This document shows positions 9,985-20,247 of a stretch of 61,102 nt of DNA, in pieces. The stretch is from a virus. Its lineage: Duplodnaviria; Caudoviricetes. The translations under genes were made by a program, and so were the position numbers. Position 1 is the first letter of the stretch; each line of letters starts with the position of its first letter. Under the pieces are notes generated by a model, which saw nothing but the letters and a program-made list of their open reading frames with translations, was not told where the DNA came from and ran no database searches. The stretch is from IMG/VR virus record IMGVR_UViG_3300032893_000047, positions 1-61,102 of that record. One strand, written 5' to 3'.

Positions 9985-10260
9985 ATGAATCCTACGCAGG
10001 CAATCAAAAAAAAATGTGTCGATTGCAATCCGGTCAAAAGTCAAATTCTTTGCATCGATTGTTTTTTGAAAGACAAGAAATTATCAAATCTAAAAAAGAT
10101 TAGAAATTATTGCAAAGTTTTTTGTATGAATAACCAGGAAAAAGAAGTCGATCTTTGTCCATCAAAATCCTGCCCGCTATATAATTTCAGAAAAGGCAAA
10201 AATCCTAACCGGGCAGGCATCGGGAATCATAGGGCAAAATTGCCAAAAAACGTATCGTGA
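9985..10260 (+). CDS. Cys-rich phage protein (two CxxC-type repeats)
   Basis: AIKKKCVDC...IRNYCKVFC...CPSKSCPLYNFRKGKNP. Confidence 0.65.
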   Translation: MNPTQAIKKKCVDCNPVKSQILCIDCFLKDKKLSNLKKIRNYCKVFCMNNQEKEVDLCPSKSCPLYNFRKGKNPNRAGIGNHRAKLPKNVS

Positions 10261-10636
10261 GATCGAGTTTGAGAAAAAAGTATTTGAAAATTGAATAATT
10301 ATATTATCAAGATATTTTTATTAAAAAAAAATGACTATAATCGATCTTTGAAAATATGCTTATATCTTCGCTACAATCAAAAAACTTTTGTTATTTGAAT
10401 AAATATACGTTTTGAATGTTTTTTACGATAGCGTCAATCCTCGTGCAATATAGAAAATTGTATGTTTTTGTATACATAGTCATTGACAACTTATTGACAA
10501 ATTTTGAAATAAAAGAGGTTATAAAAAATACAAAAACTGTAAATAGCATACATTAAATGTCTAAAAGTTACTTATGCAATAATTTAAATAAAAGTGTAAA
10601 TAATTTGTAAATATTTAAAATTATTGTAGAAAATAC

Positions 10637-10670
10637 TTGACAAAAATTAAAATATGATATATTATATATA
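10637..10670 (+). promoter_or_regulatory. Sigma70-type early promoter
   Basis: TTGACA followed by an AT-rich -10-like element (TATTAT/TATATT) in a long non-coding region. Confidence 0.6.
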
Positions 10671-11481
10671 TAGAGATTAGAAATAATCTCGGCAATTCGC
10701 ATGAATTGCAAAAATGAGTTATGCAAAGGAAGGGAATTATGTTGTCTTATACAAAAGAAAGAGCAAGGGCAAAAATTAGTAACAAACTTACTAAATATTT
10801 GCATAATAAAAAAATTAATTTAAATACAAATGTACCCGAATTTTTAAAGGAAAAAGGATTTACATTTATTTGCGATGATTATTATAAGAAAAATGGCAAA
10901 ATGTATCTATATGGCGGAATAGATAATGGCTGTATTGCATTGGATAGAAAAAATATAACAGAAAAACAAATATTTGAATATAAAAATAATTGGGCAAATT
11001 ACATTGTATAATTCTGACACGCCGTTTCATTACGGCGTACTTAATGCGGGCTATGCCGGTCACAACCCCGGAAAACGCAGAGTGAGAAGGAAGGATTATG
11101 CCAGTAACAAAATGCCAACGATTAGCGAATGAGACCATAATAAGCATTATGCCTATGAGGACAAAAATGAAAGAATTGATATATGCTGGTAGACTTGAAG
11201 AGGCAAAAGTGCTGAAAGAACAGATTGCCAATTACCTTGAGAAATATTATGTATTTTGTGGCATTGAAAATATATTTTAAGGAGGGATTGACAACAAGTT
11301 GATAGTGAAAAGGAGATGAGATTATGAGTATTTTTAAAATTGGTGAAGCATTGATTTCTGTCAGAGTGCATATATCTGATGTTTTATCCATATACGAAAA
11401 AATTCGGATCAAAAAATATGATAATATGAAAATAATTTCGTTCGATAATATTAAATAGGATAAAATTGAAAAGGAGTTTAT

Positions 11482-11745
11482 GTGAAAACTTGCAAAAACA
11501 ATAACAATGAAGATCGATGTAATTCCTGGTGCCATAACGGCTACTACTGCCATGCGACAGACGAGCAACTTACAACCGATTGTCATGTATACAAGCCAGG
11601 CTATAATTGTCAAACCTGCCAGCATATGCGGAGATGTGCTGATTTTCTTACAGATGATGAGGATGAGCCAGAAGTGGATTCGTTTGCAAGATTTACGGAA
11701 GAAATAGAAAGGAGAATAACAAAAAATGAGGGAAATAAAATTTAG
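11482..11745 (+). CDS. Cys-rich hypothetical protein
   Basis: AAAGGAG RBS and GTG start; multiple Cys. Confidence 0.55.
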   Translation: MKTCKNNNNEDRCNSWCHNGYYCHATDEQLTTDCHVYKPGYNCQTCQHMRRCADFLTDDEDEPEVDSFARFTEEIERRITKNEGNKI

Positions 11746-12142
11746 AGGTTTGTCTATTAATCAAAAAAAATGGGTATATGGCGATTTGATAACCTCTCCA
11801 AATGGCGAAATAAAAAATATTATGATAAAAGATATAAGAAAAAACATATCTGAATATCAAAGATTTATAAATGAAAAAACACTTGATGAAAAAGGATATT
11901 ATTTTAATAATATTATTATTGAAATTGATGCGAAATCTATAGGACAGTTTACCGGACTGAAAGACAAAAACGGAAAAGAAATCTATGAGTTATGTGAAAT
12001 AAATAATAGATATAAAGTAATATACATGGAATATAAATATATCTTGCAAGATACATCAAATTATGATATAATAAAAGACATAAGCGAGGTAAAATTAAAT
12101 GAAAACGGAATTGAGATTACTAAAGAATACTCAGAAATATAG
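11726..12142 (+). CDS. YopX family protein
   Basis: MREIKFRG...WVYGDL...IGQFTGLKDKNGKEIYE. Confidence 0.9.
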   Translation: MREIKFRGLSINQKKWVYGDLITSPNGEIKNIMIKDIRKNISEYQRFINEKTLDEKGYYFNNIIIEIDAKSIGQFTGLKDKNGKEIYELCEINNRYKVIYMEYKYILQDTSNYDIIKDISEVKLNENGIEITKEYSEI

Positions 12143-12626
12143 AAAAACTCCAAAAGGATTATTAACTAATATTTATCAACGTATAAAAAATAGATGTTTA
12201 AAATATGAATATAGTCTTGATTTTACATTAAAGGATATACATATACTATTTTTAAACGATAAGAAATTTATAAAATTATTTAAATTTTGGGAAAAGAATG
12301 GTTATAAATATTATGATGTTCCAACAATAGACAGAATAGATGCTTATAAAGGTTATGAAAAAAATAATATACAAATATTATCGTGGCTAGAAAATAGAAA
12401 AAAAGGAGACAAGGAATGTGCAATTAAAAAATGGAAGCCGATAATAATGACAGATATGGACGGGAATAAAATAAAACGATTTGAATCTATAAAAAGATGT
12501 GCAAATGAAACTGGATTAAATTATAGTTTAATTATACTTGTTTGTCAAGGCAAAAGAAATCATACTGGGGGTTATAAGTTTATTTACGATAATCCAGAAT
12601 TATTAGATGGGAAGGCTACTTGTTAA
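12099..12626 (+). CDS. Homing-endonuclease-like protein (His-Me-finger-like TIDRID..KGY...NI, C-terminal NUMOD1-like HTH)
   Basis: PTIDRIDAYKGYEKNNIQILSWLEN; FESIKRCA..TG...VCQGKRNHTGGYKF. Confidence 0.7.
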   Translation: MKTELRLLKNTQKYRKTPKGLLTNIYQRIKNRCLKYEYSLDFTLKDIHILFLNDKKFIKLFKFWEKNGYKYYDVPTIDRIDAYKGYEKNNIQILSWLENRKKGDKECAIKKWKPIIMTDMDGNKIKRFESIKRCANETGLNYSLIILVCQGKRNHTGGYKFIYDNPELLDGKATC

Positions 12627-13331
12627 GCAGTCTTCCTTTCGGGGATGATCTGGGGTCCTGCCTGTCGTCAATACGGGCAGGTACTTTTAAAGGAGATTAT
12701 GAAAGTTATAAATATTCGAGGTCATTTATTAAAACTTTGGAATTATAAAAAAGATAATAAAATATCCCATAATTTTGGGATTGAATTATTCCGGAAAGTG
12801 TTGATACTTTTTTGCAAAAAGTCGCAAATGAATAGTGTTATTATTATCCGTCCACATATCAATAATGATGATAACACGGATAAAGAAAAGTTTTCAATAA
12901 CTTATTTAGGATGAAAGGAGAATAATATGCCAAATGAACAGATTATAGCAATTATTGTCTATGCAGCATTCGCTATTATCGGGATAGTCGCTATAATATT
13001 AGTAGCGAAGAAAATGATTTAATCGGGGAGCCGTGCCGGACTGCCATGCGACAGAATCTTGATTGCCGGATGTATCTAAATAAGACAGGAGGTGAATAAA
13101 TTATGTTAAAAGAAATGTTTTGCGCAAAATTAAAAAAGAATAAAGTAGAATGTGATTTAGAGAAAATTAAAGAAGTTTTAAACGATGAAAAGATTGAATT
13201 TAAAAATATTTTTCAGGTAGACGGGGGAACAACTGAAGAGGGATATGGATTTATAACATGGAGATTTTATTATAAAAAATGATTGAATCTTGACCGAGTG
13301 GAGGGCTCGGTTATTTTGAAAGGATGATTTT

Positions 13332-13703
13332 ATGTTGTTTATTATAAGCTTAATAATAGGAATTATATCAGGAATATTTATTCCAATTTATGATTTTGAT
13401 CATCATATATTTAACCCTTGTAATTTAATTATGTTATGCGCATTAGAAATGAACAAATTAAAACAACGAAATAATCTTGTGAAAGACATTCTTTCAAAAG
13501 AACTCAACTTAATTTCACAAGGGCAATTCAAATCAAAATATAGTTTTGAGTTGAATACCAATATTGCCGGATTTCATCGTAATACATATAATATAGATAG
13601 TTCCGAAAAAGAAATTGATACAATAGAAATTATCTATCTTGATTATGATGACTTATCGGAACAGATTCAAACTTTACAAAAATGGTTGGAGGAAATCAAA
13701 TGA
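13332..13703 (+). CDS. Hypothetical protein
   Basis: RBS and 123-aa ORF. Confidence 0.5.
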   Translation: MLFIISLIIGIISGIFIPIYDFDHHIFNPCNLIMLCALEMNKLKQRNNLVKDILSKELNLISQGQFKSKYSFELNTNIAGFHRNTYNIDSSEKEIDTIEIIYLDYDDLSEQIQTLQKWLEEIK

Positions 13704-14041
13704 GAATAACTTGGTTTATTGCTAATAAATTAAAAAAATTAGATCAAATTCGATATGCTATATTTGCCGCAAAACAAGTGCTTTATATTTTTGAAAAAAA
13801 ATATCCAGGGGACACTCGCCCAAGGTTGGCAATTCAAGCAGCTGAAAAATATCTAAAGAATCCGAATAAAAAAGCCGCCGACGCCGCCTATGCCGCCGCC
13901 AACGCCGCCGCCGACGCCGCCGACGTCGCCGCCTACGTCGCCGCCGCCGTCGCCTATGCCGCCGCCGACGCCGCCAACGACGCCAAATTGAAACTTAAAA
14001 TTATAAATTACGGTATAAAATTATTAGGAGTAAAACTATGA
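13700..14041 (+). CDS. Helical phage protein with Ala-rich low-complexity tract
   Basis: GGAGG RBS; FAAKQVL.IFEKKYPGDTRPRLAIQAA followed by AADAAYAAA repeats. Confidence 0.75.
   Translation: MRITWFIANKLKKLDQIRYAIFAAKQVLYIFEKKYPGDTRPRLAIQAAEKYLKNPNKKAADAAYAAANAAADAADVAAYVAAAVAYAAADAANDAKLKLKIINYGIKLLGVKL
13873..13985 (+). repeat. GCC-rich tandem low-complexity repeat encoding poly-Ala
   Basis: gccgccgacgccgcctatgccgcc... GC-rich island in an AT-rich genome. Confidence 0.85.
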
Positions 14042-14144
14042 CCAGAAAATTATCAACGAAGGATAAGATTTTTATTGCCTTTTGCATTGCGTGTTTGATC
14101 TATGGTTTTATCATGGCGACATTGAAAGTGATGGGGGTTATATA

Positions 14145-14939
14145 ATGTTACGTGAAATTATATACGATTATCTTGAAAACAATGAAGATAATTACATCTA
14201 CAAAAACAAAGAATTTACTGCATCACCTTCATCTATTTGCGATTGTCGACGAAAAATTTATTATCGAAAAAAAGGTTATACGCAATCAAATCCTATTTCC
14301 GCGCCCTCGAAATTAAAAATGGAAATGGGTAATATGATTCATAATTACATAAAAAAAATTTTAGAAGATAAAAATTATAATACTTTTAATATCAATTATA
14401 TTGAAGGCGAGCAATTAAAATGTGCTGAACTCGGCGGGTTACTTTGGTGGTATCGTGTCGATAATCTTATTGAAATAGACCAAAAAAAATATATGATTGA
14501 AGTTAAGTCTGTGTTTATGTCTGGCTGGTCTGAAGTGCAAAACAATGCTCGGATTGAAAATATTTTACAATTATATTTATATATGCTTTTTGAAAAAATT
14601 GATAACGGAATAATCTTGTATATAGATCGTTCATCTGGATATATGAAAGAATATAATTTTACTTTAAGATCTTTACAAGATTATGATAATGATCTTTGGA
14701 AACAAATCGAAGGATTAAACCAACTTGCATTGCAGGTAAATAATGATACTTTACCGGAAAGAGATTTTCAGGCTTACATGAAACGCACTGAATCATTATC
14801 ATGGGAATTCCAAAAAGATAAAAAAATGTACAAAACAGATTTTCATTGCAATTATTGTTCTTTCAAGGATTATTGCTGGAAAGATATAATTGAAATAATA
14901 CAACCGGGACAATTTTATATTGATGGAAAAATTATTTAA
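14145..14939 (+). CDS. Cas4-like PD-(D/E)XK exonuclease
   Basis: SPSSICDCRRK; GNMIH; RVD...IEVKS; QLYLYM; C-terminal CNYCSFKDYC. Confidence 0.85.
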   Translation: MLREIIYDYLENNEDNYIYKNKEFTASPSSICDCRRKIYYRKKGYTQSNPISAPSKLKMEMGNMIHNYIKKILEDKNYNTFNINYIEGEQLKCAELGGLLWWYRVDNLIEIDQKKYMIEVKSVFMSGWSEVQNNARIENILQLYLYMLFEKIDNGIILYIDRSSGYMKEYNFTLRSLQDYDNDLWKQIEGLNQLALQVNNDTLPERDFQAYMKRTESLSWEFQKDKKMYKTDFHCNYCSFKDYCWKDIIEIIQPGQFYIDGKII

Positions 14940-14957
14940 AAATATTTAATTTACTTG

Positions 14958-14985
14958 TTGACAAATATTTGTAATGCTATATAAT
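14958..14985 (+). promoter_or_regulatory. Sigma70 promoter
   Basis: TTGACA...TATAAT in the intergenic gap. Confidence 0.7.
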
Positions 14986-15005
14986 AGATTGAAAGGAGTT
15001 AAAAA

Positions 15006-15329
15006 TTGAAACATACAACCGATTTTCAAAGGATAAAAAAAGTAAAAGAATTTATTAAATTAAAAAAAATACTTCGAGAAAAAAAATATTATAAAACTAA
15101 TAAAGTTTCATGTGCTCATTTCGGAAGTTGGGCGGCTCAAGGAAAAGCAGGTGGATGTTTTATTTGTAATAATAATTATTATAATTATACATTGCATAAT
15201 CGTAGATTTTCTACGAGATCAGCAACGCAGAAAGTTTCATCATGGTCATTTATTGAATTTGGTAATTTATGTTCAGAATGTTATTCTGAATTAGAAAAAC
15301 AATGTAATTATATATTTGAAAAATATTAA
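15006..15329 (+). CDS. Zn-finger-like hypothetical protein
   Basis: CFIC...CSEC; strong RBS with TTG start. Confidence 0.55.
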   Translation: MKHTTDFQRIKKVKEFIKLKKILREKKYYKTNKVSCAHFGSWAAQGKAGGCFICNNNYYNYTLHNRRFSTRSATQKVSSWSFIEFGNLCSECYSELEKQCNYIFEKY

Positions 15330-15514
15330 TTATTTGTGAAGGGGGATTGTAACCTTTATTTTTCGGCAGGAAAATATAAAAAATCTATGGCGGTAATTAT
15401 GTATCAATATATATAATGAAACCCAACTATACGAATAATGTAATAAACATCGATGATAAAAACATTATTTTGGCAGGTATAGATTTTTCGCCATCCCCCT
15501 CCATGAATAATTAA
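15326..15514 (+). ncRNA. Putative structured ncRNA (~190 nt)
   Basis: 22-bp closing stem 15326-15347/15493-15514 (one mismatch, two G-U pairs) and an inner AAAAATCTAT/ATAGATTTTT stem; strand inferred from the G-U pairs. Confidence 0.55.
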
Positions 15515-15531
15515 TTAAAAGGAGTTAAAAA

Positions 15532-15663
15532 TTGAAAAAAATAATTGTAGAAGTTGACGACAAGTTTAAAGAAAAAATGAAATATGACATATTAAAAAAG
15601 GGTTATAACACAATCAAGGAATACATCATAGCCATTATCAAGAAGGAAATGGACAATAAATAA
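15532..15663 (+). CDS. Small ribbon-helix-helix regulator (43 aa)
   Basis: MKKIIVEVDDKFKEKMK...TIKEYIIAIIKKEM; AAAGGAG RBS. Confidence 0.6.
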   Translation: MKKIIVEVDDKFKEKMKYDILKKGYNTIKEYIIAIIKKEMDNK

Positions 15664-15673
15664 AGGAGAAACT

Positions 15674-16219
15674 ATGTTAAAGATTTTAGAAATTAAACAA
15701 ACAAATAATCCCTTTCACGGGACTAACAAATCAACGGGGAAGCCATATGATATTTATTCGTGGCTTGCGAATTTTTCGATTGACGGACAGAATATTCAGG
15801 GTGTTGTGAAATCATTTCAAAATATTGATTTTAATCAGCAAAAAGAATTTGAGTTCACAAAGAATGAATATCATAATCCGAATACCGGGAACATTGATAT
15901 TTCATACACGTTAAAACCTATCCAGCAAAAAAAACAGTGGAATAGCAAACCTTCATACACCCTGCAGGAATATGATCTACTTTTCCAGCATGCTATGAAA
16001 AAGTTTGAAATTAAGTTTAAAGATATTCCAATAACAGATATATATCAGAAATGGGAAATTATTCAAAAACTTGTAAGTACGTATTGCATCGGAGCAACAA
16101 ACGCCGGGGTAAAGATCGAAATAAAGCCAGAACAAAAACCAAATCCGCCGATGAATATTTCGGATAAACCGGAAGTAATGGATAATCCATTTTCAAGCGA
16201 CGAGTCCATACCTTTTTGA
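15674..16219 (+). CDS. Single-stranded DNA-binding-like protein
   Basis: Acidic C-terminal DESIPF tail; OB-like N-terminus; close to the exonuclease. Confidence 0.55.
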   Translation: MLKILEIKQTNNPFHGTNKSTGKPYDIYSWLANFSIDGQNIQGVVKSFQNIDFNQQKEFEFTKNEYHNPNTGNIDISYTLKPIQQKKQWNSKPSYTLQEYDLLFQHAMKKFEIKFKDIPITDIYQKWEIIQKLVSTYCIGATNAGVKIEIKPEQKPNPPMNISDKPEVMDNPFSSDESIPF

Positions 16220-16323
16220 GGTTATTATGGAATATTTTATAAAAGAAAAAATTGCTTTAAAAGAACTTGCTACAATAGGATATTGCCTACCTAAGAATTT
16301 GTTATGTGATAAGGAGTTAAAAA

Positions 16324-16947
16324 ATGAAAGTAAGAATAATTAAATGTAGTAATGCTTTGTCTTGGTATAATAATAAAATCGGCGATATAATTGATGTCGA
16401 TGATATAAGAGAAGATCGTTATATAGCCGATGGATTTTATGGTGATGGTATTATGAAATCCGATTGTGAAATTATATCTGATCCTAAAATAAAAAAGGTG
16501 AAATGTATTGATAATAATTCAGATGTAGATTTTTGGTTGACAGAGGGAAAAAAATATAATGTTTTGGATAGAAATCAAGATCAAATTTTAGTCAAGAATG
16601 ATCAAGGATTTGCATGTTGGTATTTTTTAAAACGTTTTGAAATAATTGAAGAAGATGAAATCGTTATACCAGAATCTATACTAAGAGATAATCCTATTCC
16701 AAATGTTTTGGCAAAGAACAAACCTGAATCCGCATTCCCTGAACCTATTGCCATTTTTAAGGCTGATATATATAAGTATTATATTGACGGCGAAAATTTT
16801 CAGGTTATCTTTGTTAATGGCGAATTTAAACAAGTTGATTATAATTTTAAAAATCCTTATACCCGTGAACAATGGCAAGCATTAAGCCGGATATATCAGT
16901 TAATAGTTCATCTTGAATTGGGATATATAGAAAAGGAGTTAAAATGA
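16324..16947 (+). CDS. Hypothetical protein with SH3-like modules
   Basis: VKCIDNN...LTEGKKY.V...ND.G motif. Confidence 0.55.
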   Translation: MKVRIIKCSNALSWYNNKIGDIIDVDDIREDRYIADGFYGDGIMKSDCEIISDPKIKKVKCIDNNSDVDFWLTEGKKYNVLDRNQDQILVKNDQGFACWYFLKRFEIIEEDEIVIPESILRDNPIPNVLAKNKPESAFPEPIAIFKADIYKYYIDGENFQVIFVNGEFKQVDYNFKNPYTREQWQALSRIYQLIVHLELGYIEKELK

Positions 16948-16986
16948 CACCAAATTGTAAATTATGTAAATGGAAAAGGATGTAAA

Positions 16987-17379
16987 ATGACTGATAAACC
17001 ATTACAGATTCCCGCGTATCTTGAAGGTTATAAATCGACAATGACAAAAGGGGTTAAACTTTCATTTTCAACAAATGAAAATATTGACCCTGAATTGTTA
17101 AGTCGAATTTTATCACTTCAAAATAAACTTGGTTGGTTATTTTTTGGAATAGAGACTATTGAAGCAGAGGATTTAATAAATCTTCCAAAGATCGACAAAT
17201 CAAAATATCCAGATGCTAAAACGCCCTCTGAACGTCTGAGATCAGTCATATTTATCTATCACAAAAAACTTTGCGAAGAAAAAGGGATTATAGATCAAAA
17301 TGAAATCAATAAAACTTTCCAAGTTTTTTATGACGGAATGATGGAAAAGTTTATCGGATGGATTAAGGAAAAATTGTGA
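16987..17379 (+). CDS. Conserved phage protein
   Basis: KTPSERLRSVIF motif. Confidence 0.6.
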   Translation: MTDKPLQIPAYLEGYKSTMTKGVKLSFSTNENIDPELLSRILSLQNKLGWLFFGIETIEAEDLINLPKIDKSKYPDAKTPSERLRSVIFIYHKKLCEEKGIIDQNEINKTFQVFYDGMMEKFIGWIKEKL

Positions 17380-17777
17380 AAAATAAAAAAGACAGAAAGC
17401 CATCACGGCAAAAACTTAAAAGTGAATTAACACAGATTTTCAATAAGTATATCCGGCTAAAAGGAAATAATACTTGTGTAGAATGTGGTAGTCAAAATAA
17501 TACGACAGCCGGTCATGTTTTTTCGTGTGTCAATTTATCGACAAAATGGGACGAAATGAATGTTTTTGTTCAATGTGCGGGATGCAACTTTAGACATGAA
17601 TACGATCCCTATCCTTATTTCAATTGGTATATAAACAAATTCGGCAAGGATAAATTCGATCAATTGTATATAAAGCATAAATTAACAGTTAAGTTTTCAA
17701 ACTCTGATTTGCAAACTATGATAAATATTTATAAGCAAAAAATTAATGAATTGGAATTAAAATTATTGACAAAGTAG
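17376..17777 (+). CDS. ninG: NinG-like recombination endonuclease
   Basis: FNKYIRL..CVECG..AGH...WDEMNVFVQCAGCN. Confidence 0.85.
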   Translation: MKNKKDRKPSRQKLKSELTQIFNKYIRLKGNNTCVECGSQNNTTAGHVFSCVNLSTKWDEMNVFVQCAGCNFRHEYDPYPYFNWYINKFGKDKFDQLYIKHKLTVKFSNSDLQTMINIYKQKINELELKLLTK

Positions 17778-18023
17778 TTCGTTGAATGAAAGATGTCGGT
17801 AATTGTCAATATATTAAATTTTTAATTGTTAGGGTGGTAAGCGCCCCCTGTTTATCACCCGTCTTTTTAGGAGGATTAAATGGATATACAAATAGCAAAT
17901 ATGACAGAAAAGCAAGCGAAGGAAATACTTTCAAGAATTATTGAACAATTAGACGATCTTGATACCGAAGACTTTTTTGGGACAGAAGGCTGGCGACATA
18001 TGTTTGGTTTTGAAGATTAAATT

Positions 18024-18296
18024 ATGAAAGCAAAGTATCACGATTTTAACGACACGCACAAAATATTAGCCCTTATGGAAAATTTTACACAAAGGCATAA
18101 TTTTTGCAATAGCGTCAAGATTTGGTCACATATAGGGCATATTTCTGACTGTCAGGATAATTTTACTTTCAAAAATGCTACAATTTGGGCGTCGGTAGCA
18201 ACTGACTTTGATTACCAGTTTTATCCCCGGATGATCCGAACTTTTGACGCTGCCGAAAGTGACTTTATTTGGCTGGTAGATGCGGAGGGAATATGA
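18024..18296 (+). CDS. Hypothetical protein
   Basis: ORF within the early operon. Confidence 0.45.
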   Translation: MKAKYHDFNDTHKILALMENFTQRHNFCNSVKIWSHIGHISDCQDNFTFKNATIWASVATDFDYQFYPRMIRTFDAAESDFIWLVDAEGI

Positions 18297-18447
18297 CATT
18301 ATTCAACCACAAGTTTAATCTGCAAATATCACCTGAAATTATCGAACGTGAAGCCCGCAAGATTATAACACGCGACTTTACTCATGATGATTGGATGCGG
18401 TATTTATTTCCAGACGGCTTTGATCCAGGTAATGAAAAGGAGTTTGT

Positions 18448-18765
18448 ATGAAAAATATAAAATGTATCAAATGTGATCATGAATTTCCAATGCCAGATAA
18501 TTTTTATGGGCATATTTTATGTGAATCTTGCGATCCATTTATGCAGGAGGAAGAGACAAAAAATGGTATTAAAAAACTTGAAGAAGAAAATGAAAAGCAA
18601 AAATCAATTATCAAAGAACTTGTTGAAAATTTGGCTGAAGATATCCAGCATTATTGTATAACGTGTCCAGATGATAATTTAAGTGATGAAAATAATATTG
18701 ATTGTAAAGAATGCCCTATAAATAATAAAAAAAATCTTTTAAATGAAGCCAAGGAGTTTATATGA
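18448..18765 (+). CDS. Zn-finger/coiled-coil hypothetical protein
   Basis: Several CxxC pairs; RBS. Confidence 0.55.
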   Translation: MKNIKCIKCDHEFPMPDNFYGHILCESCDPFMQEEETKNGIKKLEEENEKQKSIIKELVENLAEDIQHYCITCPDDNLSDENNIDCKECPINNKKNLLNEAKEFI

Positions 18766-19085
18766 ACATAGATTATAAAAAAATTAAAAAAGAATGTCCA
18801 AAATCTTTTAATAAATTTCTTGACGATTGTGGTTGTACATATCCACATTGGATGGGAAATCTTTGTTATTGTGATTTTGAAAAGTTTTTTGATGATAATG
18901 GAATTTATATTAAAACAGTCCCTAATGATTATAACAACAAAACATTTGCCTTTGAGATTGAAAAACATAAAAACGAAGATTTCGGTTTAATAAAATTATT
19001 TCAATCTGATTATATTTATATATTTCGTCCTGAAGCAAAAAAACAAGCAATCTACAAAGCCTTTTCAATCATGGAGGAATTATGA
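18762..19085 (+). CDS. Hypothetical protein
   Basis: RBS; ATGA overlap. Confidence 0.55.
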   Translation: MNIDYKKIKKECPKSFNKFLDDCGCTYPHWMGNLCYCDFEKFFDDNGIYIKTVPNDYNNKTFAFEIEKHKNEDFGLIKLFQSDYIYIFRPEAKKQAIYKAFSIMEEL

Positions 19086-19689
19086 AACATAAATGCCCTG
19101 TCTGCGGTGCATACGTCAAAAACGTTTGTTCAAAATGTGCAGTTCATAGAACTTTCATTGATCCTGAAAAGTACCCAGAATACTATGAACTTAAAAAGAT
19201 GAGGTTAACAAACTACTTGAAGAACTTGAAGAACTTGAACGCCTGGAACGGATAATATTACTATTGATCTTTCCGCGTGTTCGGAATAGGCGAGAGAAAA
19301 AGTTTACAGTAAAAGAATTATACGGTGCCGGAGATAATCAATGTTAGAAAAATGTAAAATTTTAGTTACAAGAAGGAAATATTTCAACATAAATTATATT
19401 ACTCATTATGTCGCTTGTGGAAGAAAAGTTGTTGCCGAAATTAAAAGCGAAAGGACGCTACATGGGCATTGGCAAAAAATTTGTAGTTATCATAAAAATT
19501 ATTTTATAAAATGGCATAATAAAAGAAATATAAATTATGAAATAAGGGCAATTAAGGAATGGGAATGATAGCAACAAAAAATGACTGTAAGATCACCGGC
19601 AAGCGATGCTTGGTAAAAGTACCCTGTAGGTTTTGTCAGATAAAAAAAGAGCATGAAAAGATTGACAAAAAAATAAAGGATATAAGATT

Positions 19690-20085
19690 ATGAAATATGA
19701 TGAATATATGGATAAAGAATGTATTCCTATATGTGATATGATAAATTCTCTTCCAGGATTAAAAACTTTTGAAAGTTGTTGCGGTCATGGAAAAGAATCA
19801 TTTTGTATTTATTTCCATGTATATTCAGAAATAACAGACAAAGGATTATTTATTTTAACTCGGTGTGTAGATAATAGATATTGGAAATATGGGGGCGATT
19901 GGAAAATAGAATTATATATTGGTGATTCTTTATTTGAAAATAAATATTTACCGATTGGTTATATTTTACATTCAGGAAATGTAATTGGAGAAAAAGCATA
20001 TAGACAAGCAAATGATTTGATAGAAAATATAAAATACCATTTGAATCATGAAGGATTTATTGAATTATTCTATTTTTTGGGATAA
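19690..20085 (+). CDS. Conserved phage protein with ESCCGH motif
   Basis: D.ECIPICD.INSLPGLKTFESCCGH. Confidence 0.6.
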   Translation: MKYDEYMDKECIPICDMINSLPGLKTFESCCGHGKESFCIYFHVYSEITDKGLFILTRCVDNRYWKYGGDWKIELYIGDSLFENKYLPIGYILHSGNVIGEKAYRQANDLIENIKYHLNHEGFIELFYFLG

Positions 20086-20162
20086 AGTCAAGAAAGAAAA
20101 ATTATTTTGTGGATGGTTAAAAAAAAAGAAATCGATGCTAATTTAAAAAAGATATTTAATTA

Positions 20163-20191
20163 TTGACAAAAAAAAGGAAATGATGTAATAT
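20163..20191 (+). promoter_or_regulatory. Sigma70 promoter of the Rha/replication operon
   Basis: TTGACA-17-TAATAT. Confidence 0.7.
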
Positions 20192-20247
20192 AAGTTATCA
20201 GGAGTGATAAACCTGAATATCTATCGCATGATAGATAAAAAGTAATA

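Noticed and set aside
13873-13985. Foreign GC-rich insertion
   Set aside because: Explained by GCC codons of an in-frame Ala-rich tract of a common phage protein type
14145-14939. Cas4 as part of a CRISPR system
   Set aside because: Stand-alone exonuclease among recombination genes; common in phages
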